This document shows, piece by piece, positions 1 through 11,632 of a stretch of DNA of 64,000 nt. How positions within the stretch are numbered: the first letter of the stretch is position 1; each line of letters starts with the position of its first letter. A program made the translations under genes and the position numbers. Source of the DNA: Patellaria atrata CBS 101060 (lineage: Eukaryota); NCBI GenBank assembly GCA_010093705.1, contig MU006104.1, forward strand, positions 62,001-126,000. The letters are read 5' to 3'. The notes under the pieces were generated by a model. It saw only the letters and a list, made by a program, of their open reading frames with translations, did no database searches and was not told where the DNA came from.

Positions 1-110
1 GCCATCACCTTCCTATTTCAACAATAGCTTTTTCCTTTTCAACTCTAGATACCTTTACTTTCACAGAATCAATTTTCAATTTTCTAAAGCTAAGGCTATC
101 TCGAGTAACC

Positions 111-1684
111 TTACAGATTAGCCCTCTCACTCACCACCCCCTTCATCGCCTTCCCATCTCCCTTGCTCTCCCCCGCCCGCTCCTCCTCACCCGCAACGGC
201 CTTCGCCCAAACACCTTCCACATGCGGCTCACACCTATACCTGAGCAACCACTCCCCACAGCCGCCCCAACGCCACGGAAACGGATCATCCCCCTCCTCG
301 AACCCCATCTCCCGCGCACGCTTCCCTCCCTGCTGAAAAGCAGCATACGCGACATCCCTCCTTTGCTGCTCCTCCCCATCGTGCAGATGATATAGCGTCT
401 GCTGACGATTACCCGCCTCGACGACCCTCTCCGTCCTCGTGCGCCTGCACTCCTCGTAAACCCTGAGCGCGCGCCTCTTCCCCGCGACTTCCTTCCTCTC
501 CACGCGCGCGAGACACAGACCGAGCACCTCGGCGTCCTCGAGACTCATGCCCGCGCCGGACGCGAGGTACGGCAGCGTGGCGTGGACGGCGTCGCCAAGG
601 AGGGTGAAAGCACCGCTGGGATGGGACCAGGAGGGCTCGAGCGCGGGCCGGATGCACAGACGCCACTTGTGCACGCTTTCGCAGAGCGCGAGGAGTTTCG
701 GGATGCGAGGATCCCAGTCCGCGAAGAGGGCGCGCATTTCGTCGACGTTGCCGGCGAGGGTCGAGGGACCGTCTGGGGGGATGTCGTCCGGGACCAGAAG
801 GACCATGTTGAACAGCTTGCCGCCGCGGAGGACGTAATTAACGGCGTGGGCGGAGGGGCCGACCCAGTAGTTTACCTGGGGGTCTGTGACGAGGGGGGCG
901 AGCTCGGGGTCTTGCAGCATGGCCGAGGTGGAGAGGAGGAGACGGTAGGCGAGGTCACCTGTTTCGAGGGGGGCTTCGGGGTGGCCGAGGAGGATTTCCC
1001 GGCAGCGGGAGTTTATGCCGTCGGCGCCAATGATGAGGTCCGCGGTGAGCTTATCGCCTGTTACTAGTATCGCTGTTGCTGCTGCCTCGTCTTGGGATAC
1101 GATTACGTTTTGGACGCGCGCGTTAACCCGAACCTCGGCGCCTAGCTCGACCGCGCGGTCTAGGAGACACTTGTGCAGATTTGCGCGGTGGAAGTCCCAG
1201 AAGGGGGTTCCGCACTCCTGTTGGTAGTCGTGGAAGTCCATGTGGGCGAGGTGCTTGCCCTTCCAGCTGAGCATGTTGCACCGACGTGGACGGGTTGCGT
1301 GCGCGGAAAGGATCTCCTCCATTCCCCAGGAGAAGAGGATTCGCGAACTGTTAGGCAGACATTGTATGCCTGCGCCGATTTCTCCAATCTGTGGTGCGGA
1401 TTCAAGCACTTGTACTTTATGCCCGGCGAGCAGAATAGATATGGCGGCTCCGAGGCCGCCGAGGCCGGCGCCGATGATGAGGGTCTGGGGTTGTTAGGAG
1501 GGGGTAATGAAGGGATATATATAGAATGAGGATGGTGATAAGGGGAGCATAGATATGTACGAAATGGTAGAATAGATCTATAGGGAGAGTAGGTACGGGG
1601 TCAAAATTAACCCGCATGACTTACATTCAGCCTATCCTCTTCCTTCCTCTCAATCTTTTGCCTGATTTTCGGTGGTGAAGCCAT
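111..1684 (-). CDS. hxnX: FAD-dependent monooxygenase, salicylate hydroxylase/NicC-like; probable 6-hydroxynicotinate 3-monooxygenase (HxnX ortholog)
   Basis: Exon 1 1684-1625 (MASPPKIRQKIERKEEDRLN, donor GTAAGT) splices in frame to exon 2 at 1484 (after CTAAC...CAG), giving TLIIGAGLGG (FAD GxGxxG). Also carries IGADGINS (DG motif) and LLGDAVHATLPYLASGAGM (GD motif). C-terminus -ANL is PTS1-like. The symbol rests on family plus cluster context. Confidence 0.75.
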
Positions 1685-2156
1685 ACCTGTGATTTTTCTG
1701 TAACTCTCAAGCTCCAGGTTGTACTGGAATCAACGATTGAAGCATTCAATCAATAGCACAAAATCGGTTGCGGAGTTTTACAAGAATCATTCGGCCACAA
1801 GCAAGCAAGTAGGTCCTTGTACAGTATAATTCTCCTCAGCCTAATTCAAGGTTTGAGGTAGCGTCACTGCTCATGATAAACAGCGCAGCTCAAGCTCTAG
1901 TGTACAACAGACAGCTGTGGTGTCTTGTTGTACAGAAGGACAAACACAGCTTCACCGGACATAGTGAGCAGTTCTAGCTCTCCCATGACGAAAAAGACCT
2001 TATCATTAGGTACAAACGTACATTGTTTGTACATATTCCCGGCATATCGTGACGGAGTATTACATCTGCAGTAGGTACTCTTGTCAGATCGGAAGTCCGA
2101 ATACAAGGCTAACTTTATTAGTAAAATGTAGTACATCTGGATGCAGTCGTATCAAG

Positions 2157-2167
2157 AGTGGGGGTAA
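2157..2167. promoter_or_regulatory. AGTGGGGGTAA motif upstream of the hxnX-like gene (candidate C2H2 zinc-finger site, HxnR/CreA type)
   Basis: The identical 11-mer recurs at 7551-7561 in the hxnN/hxnV divergent promoter. Confidence 0.4.
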
Positions 2168-2584
2168 ATCTGACCGGAATCTTTCCGCAGATCAGAACTA
2201 AGTAGGACTAAGTAGGTAGAATGCTCTCCTGAGCTCCTCTCGCACAAATTTTGCTCTCAACCTAAAGAAAGTTACTCGGGACTCTTCCATCATTTGTTCC
2301 GCATGGGGTGGCTGACGTCTCACTTCGGATATGCCGACTCGACCATGAGAATTGCAAACCGAACCGGTGCAGATCTTAGGTTGTTACTCTGTGGATCTCA
2401 GAAGGATGGGATCTTTTATTTCTCATGTGCGAGATGGTACTCTAGACGGAGCTGGAAGAGTATCTGAAGGGTAACATCACTAGCCACGGAGGTATGATGC
2501 CACCGGTTTAAACACATCAGAGATATTTAATTGGTCATTCATGAATGATAGAGACTGAATTCTATGCATGAGCAACCAAGATTC

Positions 2585-3623
2585 TTAATTAGCTACCTGC
2601 TTCTTTAGAATATCTCCTGGAGGAGCTGGCATCATGGCTCCCTCTGGTGGTTGGTTCTTGGACTTGAAGTCGTCGCTCATTTCGCCCAGAGTAACCCACT
2701 CGACTCCTTCGTGAGAATTGATGTATTCGATAAGCCTTTCGTGCATGAGAAGGACATGGGGCCTACCAGACACATCTGGGTGGATGGTCATGGGAAAGAT
2801 GAACTCGTCGTACTCCCGATAGTAGTAATCAAAGTGGTCTTTCCAGATCGCTTCGACATCTCGCGGATTGACCCATCCATGACTATTGGGCGCGTTCTTG
2901 ATAAACATCATAGGTGGCTAGGAGAAATCAACAACCTGTATTGTTCGCGAAATGGAGCCTCACCTACCAAATCATCTATATACCATGACCCAGGTATCTC
3001 CACGAGACCAGTCTCTTTACCCTTAACCAATGGTTTCATCCACTCCTCTGCTTTTTTCGAATAATCAATCTTTGTCCATGTGTCGCCAGTTCTCAACCAG
3101 TAAGCTTGACAATCTTCATGACCCATACTGTGGTCGTATTCGATCCCGTATCTAAGAAGCAATTCTGTGCCCTCTTTGCTGGTTTCCCACCACGGGGCAA
3201 CGCTGCCTCGAGGAGGTTTACCACAGAAATCGGTGAGCAGCTTATATGTCTTATCGAGAACATCATGCTGCTGTTCTAGGGTCATATCTGCCGGGTTTTC
3301 ATGCGAATAGCCATGCAGACCAATCTCATGGCCTGCATCGCGCACCATAGCGCACTCCTCGGGGAATGTCTCTAAAGAATGGCCCGGAATGAACCATGTC
3401 GCCGTGATCTTGTATTTATCGAAGAGTTTGAGCAACCTCCGCGTGCCATGTGTTCCAGCGAAAATGCCTGTATACACGATCAATATCCATCGTGATAATG
3501 CTTATTGGCACGAGTACCTCTGGAAATATCGCTGCTTGAATCTGCTCCGCCATAAGATCCTAACCAGCCTGCGACTGCATCGATATCTACACCATAGCCT
3601 ACGAGCACTCGTTTCTTGCCCAT
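2585..3623 (-). CDS. hxnM: CE4/NodB polysaccharide-deacetylase-fold hydrolase of the HP0310/PuuE type; probable cyclic imide hydrolase (HxnM ortholog)
   Basis: ATG at 3623 gives [26 protein letters not shown]. Motifs [31 protein letters not shown] and [10 protein letters not shown] are present. Two introns (~3515-3470, ~2967-2917). No signal peptide. Confidence 0.8.
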
Positions 3624-4102
3624 TATTGCTGTCTAAGCTAGGTTAACTCAATGTGTCATATGGCGCTTGACGGAGAGAGTTTCACGAAACGGACTGATTT
3701 TCAGGAACAGGTGACGCAATGGGTGTATGTGTGTGGAAGAAGTACTAGACTACTCTAAAGCAAAGGGGAAACTGGACGTCTATCGACCTACGGGAATGCT
3801 CCCACTTTTGCTTTTTCTGGATGATTGTCACCGTTATCCAGGGCAAACCGTAGGCTGCGGGACATAGCTTTCTTCTTTGGCGGGGTTCACCCAAAGCTCT
3901 GTCATGCCCCGCTGCCCATGCAGCTATCCATAGCTCTGGACGCATGATACGGGAAAACTGTACAGGAATGGGAACTCACCCGTGACGTGTACCCGATGTA
4001 TGGTAGGTGGGGAGATTTGCTAATAGCAGATTCCATTTACCATTCTTCGTTGATTCTGGACATTTCCCCAATCCATTTTTTGAGACTCGATTGAGCGCAA
4101 TA

Positions 4103-5033
4103 ATGAGCCGAGTACGTCAATCACTCCGTGTGTTTAGTCCCTTAAGTTGGTATTGATAGATATCAACGATAGTTTTCATTGAAGGGACGGACAGCACTTG
4201 TCACTGGAGGTGCTCGTGGTTGTGGTCTTGCCTTCGCAGAAGGTCTCGCGGAAGCTGGCGCTCATGTTGCCATCTTTGACATAATTGACCCAGTCGAGGC
4301 TTTCTTCGATATTGAGAAGACCTATGGCGTAAAGACGTGTCATTACAAGTAAGTCACCAGTTCTTCTCTCAAGCAAATGAGTGACAGATATTAACAGTAA
4401 CAATAGGGTAGATGTCAGCTCGCTAGAAAGCCTGGAAGAGGGTTTCGAGGCTTTCAAGAAAGATTTCGGAGGTTCCTTGGACATTTGCGTTCCTTGTGCT
4501 GGTGTGAACAAGAATGTAGGATTTCTAGATACATCCCTGGAAGATTTCGAACGACTGATGAGCGTCAATGTGCGAGGTGTCTATTATACAGCCCAATTGG
4601 CAGCCAAGGCTATGATTGCGAACAAAACCACTCACGGTTCGATCATCCTAGTTGCTAGTATTGCTTCATACATGGCAATCCGGTCACAAATGTCATCAGC
4701 GTACTGCGGTACCAAAGGTGCAGTGAGGGCAATGTGCCCTGCCATAGCAGCGGAGCTTGTCAAGTATGGCATAAGAGTCAACAGTATTAGTCCTGGTTAT
4801 GTACGGACAGAAATGACGGCTCCATTCCCGCATCTACTTGAGAGCTGGAAGGACGAAATTATGAATGGTAGAATAGCAATGCCCGAAGATATCAGAGGAG
4901 GGTGTATTTTTCTAGCTTCAGATGCGAGTTTTTATATGGTAAATAAGCCCTAGCTCTTTCTCATCGATTATTCGCTGATTCGAAATAGACAGGTCAGGAC
5001 CTTTGTATAGACGGGGGTGTGACGAAGTGGTAG
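4103..5033 (+). CDS. hxnW: Short-chain dehydrogenase/reductase (polyol dehydrogenase type; probable HxnW ortholog)
   Basis: [18 protein letters not shown] (TGxxxGxG) from 4173, catalytic YCGTK and VNSISPG. The last exon [14 protein letters not shown] ends at TAG 5031-5033. Three introns; the first donor position is uncertain. Confidence 0.75.
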
Positions 5034-5318
5034 AAGGGACAAAGGACTTCGAAGGCACCTGGAAGGAACAGCGCATACATAGAACATGGTCGAGAATGTT
5101 TATCTTAGATTAAATACAATTCTGTGATACGATGATTGAAAATAAGATGTTGTAGAGCTGCTGGAGAAGAATCTTGATGACCATATTTGTTCAAGATCAA
5201 GATGGGAGGAATAACGCTAGTTCTAAAACGCGCTGTCACCTGACTGTTTCGACCTTAGAAATGTTCCTGACGCGAGAACTCTAGTTACATCCCCTTCCTA
5301 TTGCTATCTTCATCTAGT

Positions 5319-7396
5319 TTAATGCTTCGATTTGTTGATGATATCATCAATAACCTGAGCGACGCCGAGAACTTTTTCTTCTTCTAATCTGCGTCCAACA
5401 ATCTGCACGCTTATTGCCATGCCGTCCATCTTTTCAATATCATAAGTTTCCCAGTTCCATCTGTCTAGATCATTACGAGGGACATAAGATGATTGGATCT
5501 CATTGCCTGGATCCAACTCTTTCGAAACATCTCCAGACGGGATTACGACGGTGCTGTAATCTAGGAAATTCCAAATCTTGGTATATCCTACCCAGCGGCA
5601 TCTCCTATGCGGTACTGCACTGTGGGACATTGTAGGCATCAAGAGGATATCCACTTCGCGACCAGTAATAAGAGATCTCATGGAGTTCCACTTGTCCATA
5701 TAACGCTTCTGAGCCGCTAACTTACGTTTGTTGAGCTGCCAGTATTCATATACGGATATTGGCTTCCCTTTATTGACTAGAGCCTCAACATGCGGAATGA
5801 AAGGTTCTCCACCAGCTTGTACCTCACGGCGAATGTCTTCCCCACCATCAGCTGTATAGTATTGATCATAAACCCAAAGTTAGCGAATACAGTATTGCGA
5901 GGGTATAGGAATACATACCATTATTTCTATACATTCTCTGTGGTTATCTGCTGGATCCCAGTTTATGATCTCATGTCCTGCTTGTTTCAACTTCGCCGCG
6001 ACTTCCTTCAACACTCGTTCTATAGGCGGGTGAACCTTGACAACACCATCATCTAGCAAGAGTCCGATTACCAAAGGCCTTGATTTCACTTCATCATACA
6101 TAGCTTCTCGCCACGGTAGAGGGCAGCATTTTGGATCCAGTTTCCAGGGACATGAATTGATAACGGCTTTTGTTACCAGATGAATCGATGACAGACTACG
6201 AGCTAGTGGACCAATGACTGAAGGGACATGCTCTTGTCCTTCCGTGGAAACTGCTACATCCTGATATGGAAGGCGACCACTCTGAAAAGAATCAGCGTGG
6301 TAGCGGTCCAATGCTACAAGAGGAACGTACGCTCGGTTTTAGACCGTAAAGACCTAGCATATGCGCTGGAATGCGTATGCTACCGCCAATATCGGTTCCC
6401 CATCCAACCAAAGAGCCATTGAGCGCTAATAGCGCACCCTCGCCGCCCGTCGATCCCCCAGGGGTAAAATCTGGGTCCTTTGGGTGTACTGTCAGTCCCC
6501 AGAGCGGATTTTCAGTCTCGCACCACTAAAATTTATCAGTTAGTACGGATTAGTCCAGTCTTCTTTATCTTTCAATACCCTTTTTCAGCCACCGGAGGGT
6601 ACTTTCTGATAGTAGACAATATGTATAGTAAGCTGTGCTGTGACCAAGAAGTGCGATCACCATAAAGAGGAAAAAACGTACCATTATGCTCTGCGGTAGA
6701 TTAGTCTTCGCTATTATTACCGCTCCCATTTCCCTTAAAAGTTTTACTAGCACTGCATCATCTTTGGCAGGTTTGAAAGCTCTTCCAACATAGCCTATCG
6801 TCGAATCATAGTCCTTTACGTTGAATTGATCTTTCAAAGTCATAGGAATTCCATGCAATGGTCCGACGGTTTTTCCATACTTGCAGAATTCAACATCCAG
6901 TTCCCTCGCCTTTACAATTGCATCGTCGAAAAGAACTTCGGTAAGACTAGGCTCGTCAAACACATTGATAGTAACTGTGGAAAAACGGCAAACATACCAG
7001 TTTGTCTAGCACTGTCAGTCAAAAGACCTAGGGTATCTTACAGGCGCGAAGAATTACCAGCTTATGAGCAGCGCATGCTCTGATTGATATGTTAACTCAA
7101 GCTATAGTATCAACGTACAGTACACCACGCTTACTTTTGAATATATGCTCTTGCCACTTCAGAAGCCGTCAATTGACCGGACTCAAGTTTATGGTATAGC
7201 TCTGCAACATTTGCAATAGCTGTAACATCTTCCTCGCTTGATAGAAAGGCTCTCAACTATTTTGAAATTCAGACCTTCTTGGCACTTCTGAAAACGACGG
7301 ATATCGAATCACCTTTGAATGTCTTACGACAGCATCCTCTCGAGTCTGCCGCTTGCGCTGTGCTTTAATTACCCACTCTGGTTCTAGACTAGCCAT
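5319..7396 (-). CDS. hxnN: Amidase-signature family amidase (probable HxnN ortholog)
   Basis: GPLHGIPMTLKD (catalytic Lys), AKTNLPQS, TPGGSTGGEGAL, GTDIGGSIRIP and a C-terminal VQIVGRRLEEEKVL. Multi-intron gene starting MASLEPEW at 7396. Confidence 0.8.
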
Positions 7397-7550
7397 CGGT
7401 TCTCGCGATGAATACAGAACAAATTCTCTTGTTGAATACAAGATAGAAACGCAGTTAGAATATCAAAACTCCGTCTTTGATAGCAATTGATATCACTATG
7501 AGCGATTGGGGAATATTTGGGGCGATCTAAATCCACTGAGTACTCCGTAA

Positions 7551-7561
7551 AGTGGGGGTAA
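7551..7561. promoter_or_regulatory. AGTGGGGGTAA motif in the divergent hxnN/hxnV promoter
   Basis: Identical to 2157-2167. HGATAR (AreA-type) sites lie nearby at 7441 and 7478. Confidence 0.4.
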
Positions 7562-7916
7562 TTCTCACTCGTCACCGGGAGTTTGCCCGCATTACCTTAG
7601 CATTGCCCACTTACTACAACCTTACATCTCTCTCTAACAAAGATGGAACTCCTACGCTTCCTTTCCGACCGGTTTAGTAATGTTAGGAGAGGAGGTAAAG
7701 TCACGCCATTGAAAATAATGCCAGCGCATTTAGTGGCAGGTTGAGGAACATCGTCACAGCTGTTTCTTTGTTAACACTACATAGATCATACGCCCGGGGC
7801 AATAAAGTTCAGAAATAACCTCAAAACTCGAAGTTAGCCTCACCTCAAAGTGATGTAATACGTTTGCTCGAATACTCATCATGAAGCGTAGCCTTTCCCA
7901 GAAATCACCACCAAAC

Positions 7917-10063
7917 ATGTCTCCTAGCGCTCTACATCGGGAAGTCAACGGGGAACCAGCAGATGGCAGTATGGAGGTCGTTCAGCAAGAGGTCTCTAAT
8001 GGCCACAACGGCACTACCAATAATTCTCGAAGCGATGATCCATCTGTCGTAGTAGTTGGAGCAGGTCCAGCGGGATTGATGCTTGCGTTAGTACTATCCC
8101 CCCGCCCCTGGCCCAGCCCTTTAACCCAACACATATGATAGGTCAAATCTTGTACGGTATGGCATCAAAACGAAAATTGTAGACAATCGACCGAATAAAA
8201 CCTCAACAGGCAGAGCTGATGGACTTCAACCAAAGACCATCGAGACATTGCGTCAGATGAGGCTTGCGGACCCCGTTTTACGGAAAGGGGTCAGGATTTA
8301 TGATATATGCTTTTGGGTTCGTATGGGTGATCGCAAATCAAGACCTAAAACTAACTAGTAGGTTTTTCAGTCATCATCAAAGAATGAACAGCTACATCGA
8401 ACAGGAAGAGAAGTGCATTACCCGCCGGTTGTAGATGTCTTGGAACCGTATATCTTACTCGTTCACCAAGGAATGGTTGAAGAGTTATTCTTAGATGATC
8501 TAGCGGAAAGAGGTGTGCAAGTGGAAAGGGATACGACTTTCCTGGATTATGCAGGGTCGGAAGGAGGAGGACCGGTATTAGAACTTACATGCAAATTAGG
8601 ACTTTCGGAAAAGCTTAAAAAGATACGATCAGATTATATTGTAGGATGTGATGGCGCGCATTCCCAAGTTAGGAAATGTATTGATGGAGCAACACCAATA
8701 GGTACATCATCGGATGCAGTATGGGGTGTCTTAGATGGTGTTATTGACACGGACTTTCCTGACCTCTGGAGCAAAGTTGTTGTCTACTCGGAAGAGCATG
8801 GTTCAATCTTAATGATTCCCCGAGAAAGAAATATGACAAGGCTCTACATTGAACTAAAGTCAGAAGCAGGAGATGGTGCACAGAAACATTATGATCAGGA
8901 GTATGTCATGGCAAGGGCTCGAGACATTATGAAGCCATACAAAATCGAATGGACGACTGTTGGTAAGTTTTCATCCCTCAACTTATATTAACCGTATCTG
9001 ATAATTAGACAGAGTGGTTTGGTCGCTATCAGATCGGTCAAAGGGTAGCAGGCCGCTTCATTTGTGGAGATACAAGACTTTTCATTGCTGGAGACGTAAG
9101 TATATTTTTGCACCGGAAAGATCAAGTACTAATCACATTTAGGCAAGCCATACTCATTCTCCAAAAGCCGCCCAAGGCATGAATACCTCCATGCACGACT
9201 CCTGGAACTTAGCCTGGAAATTCAACCTCTCAATCCGTGGTCTAGCGAAACCAAATCTGCTCGGGACATACGAGCAGGAACGTCGCAAGATTGCCGAGGA
9301 CCTCATCGACTTCGACTACGAACACGCGAATGCTTTCCACGATGGTGATGCAGCGGCCCTCGCGGAAAACTTCAAGACGAACATCCGCTTTATAAGTGGC
9401 ATTGGTGCAGAATACGCAGCCAACATCCTCAACGAAAGCACCAAAAGTGCGCCCAAGGGAGACGCAAAACCTGGATGTCTCATGCCGCCATCCAAAGTAA
9501 CGCGATACATTGACGCCAATCCCGTGGACCTACAGTTGGATATCCCCATGCTCGGCCAATTCCGCGTCTTCCTCTTCACCCCAAAAATCCACGCTGCGAA
9601 ACCGTTCCTGGATGCCGTTTGCAACACTATCACATCCCAAACCTCCTTCCTGGGCCGATTAAGCGCAGCAGCAAGGGCATCTTATACCACCCAACCGGTC
9701 CCCAAGGCCGAATCAGACGCCTACGTACAAACCCAGCGCTACATCCCGCACTGTCCCCTCTTCACCTACGGACTCATCACCACGATGTCCAAAACGGATG
9801 TCGAAATCGCGGATCTCCCGCCCTTGCTGCAGGATAGTCGCTGGACGTTCTATCTCGACGACGTGCCGAAGTTGGATACGCGGGGTCAGACATGTACGCA
9901 GAAATGGCTGGGCGGTCTCGCGGATGGAGAAGTGGCCATCGTGAATGTGAGGCCGGATGGGTATGTGGGGAGTTTGGGGAGATGGCCGGTGGGGAGTGTG
10001 GAGGCTGGGGAGGCGGCTGGGATGTGGTTGGAGGGGTATTATGGGGGATTTTTGGAGGCTTAG
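7917..10063 (+). CDS. hxnV: Phenol 2-monooxygenase-like FAD monooxygenase (probable HxnV ortholog)
   Basis: [67 protein letters not shown] and a C-terminal thioredoxin-like VRPDGYVG. Four introns; alternative in-frame ATG at 7881. Confidence 0.8.
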
Positions 10064-11165
10064 AAGAGAAGAAATTATATATATCAATGGTGTTTTGAAG
10101 CATAACCTCTTCCATCGTGCATAGGGTCGTGAGTCATGATGCTTTGAATGAGATCCTGATAGGATGCTTTTCCTTCGTAGCCGATTGATACTACGCACCT
10201 TTTGCAGCTGCTTTGCAGAAGAATTAGTACTCGGGATATTGTGCATTATAGATCTGATTCTATCGCTGTATTCTGATGCACGAGTAGGAGTGAAAACCTT
10301 GCTATTTTCAGGGTGGTGACATAGTTGTAGTCGTGCAAGGCTGCGATGGTTGGACGGTGGGAGGGAATCCCGCACACAGCAAAGCGGTAGAACTACTCAG
10401 CTCATCATCATACTCGATAGGTCTGGAGATTCTAACGATGAAATCTGAAGGTCTTGATAGAGACGATAAGTACATAAACATTTGTACCTGAAAGTTATTG
10501 CATGATCGACTTAGTCTCAGCGCATGGAATTATGCCCATACCATCGCGGTCTAGTCAGAAGCCGCTACCATGGAGTTAAGCCTGGGTGTTCAAATTCAAG
10601 CTTCGCGCCCAGAGTGGTAGGGATGATATGAATGGGTATAGAATTGCTTCAACATGCTTGGTATTGCTTAGTAGCGCTTACAAGCCGGGAAACGGCATCA
10701 GGGGATTGCGTACGCAACTTTTGAACGAACGTCGAGCGTTTGAGAAAGTGGTAAGGTGGGCATCTGATTGTGTGCGGATGACGGGAGATGGGAGAGATGA
10801 GTGTTGGGGGGACGCGCAAGTGACTGGTTTGCTGTCCAATGAACGATGATGGTATGATGGCATGGGGCTGTCTGAGACGAGCAAAGCATCATAGAGCTAG
10901 ACTTACAAGTATTGAATAAGTAAGGAGGGTCTTCCCTAGTCTTGACAGCGAGTTTGCACTTCTCATTTTTCTCTTTTGCGATCTTATTCCGACGTCTTGT
11001 CATTGTTCTAGAGGATCTGGGACATCATATCATAGCAGGAGGATCAGACACATCCCAAAGGACGTCAGTCGTCAAACCTTTGAAAAATCTTAGTTTTTTC
11101 CTATCCTCGACGTCTTTTATCGACTTCTTCATCCTCTCAGTCGAAGCTTCGTAATAACATCCACC

Positions 11166-11599
11166 ATGTCGAATCAAGGCTATTACAACAACGGCCCCCA
11201 ATACCCTCAACAAAGGTACCCATCCCTCTCCTACTGTATCCTTTATCCCATCCCTCCCGCAAACTTCCCATCATCCCGCGCTCCCGTCCCCCCTTACCCC
11301 CGGGTACCACCCCTCGAAACAACCGGCACCTTATAAGCGCAGAGAGTGCGAACACCTTCCGATGTTCTGTCCTTGGCGGGGTGGTCGATGGGTATGCGGA
11401 CGCGCAGTTGCCCTGATAAATATCCACTCAAGCCCGACGGAGAGCCTGGGCTCCCGGACGCTGCACCGGTAATTCTACCAGTCCAAAGTAAACACTGCAA
11501 AAGCTCTGCCGCTACCTTGTAAGCATGACCATCCCTCCGGGGTTAGTGTATTCTCTCGCCTGAGGGCGAGTTCTTTTATTATTTTTTAATTTCTATCTT

Positions 11600-11632
<33 letters not shown>

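Noticed and set aside
582..1067. Long antisense ORFs over GC-rich genes (also 9713-10375, 12952-13905, 47734-48529, 48753-49466, 51730-52254)
   Set aside because: Shadows of biased codon usage on the opposite strand of well-supported genes; no recognisable motifs.
2585..3623. Chitin/peptidoglycan deacetylase or recent bacterial transfer
   Set aside because: No signal peptide, has spliceosomal introns, and the context favours an intracellular HxnM-type cyclic imide hydrolase.
111..10063. Secondary-metabolite biosynthetic cluster
   Set aside because: No PKS, NRPS or terpene backbone gene in the window; the enzyme set fits a catabolic pathway.
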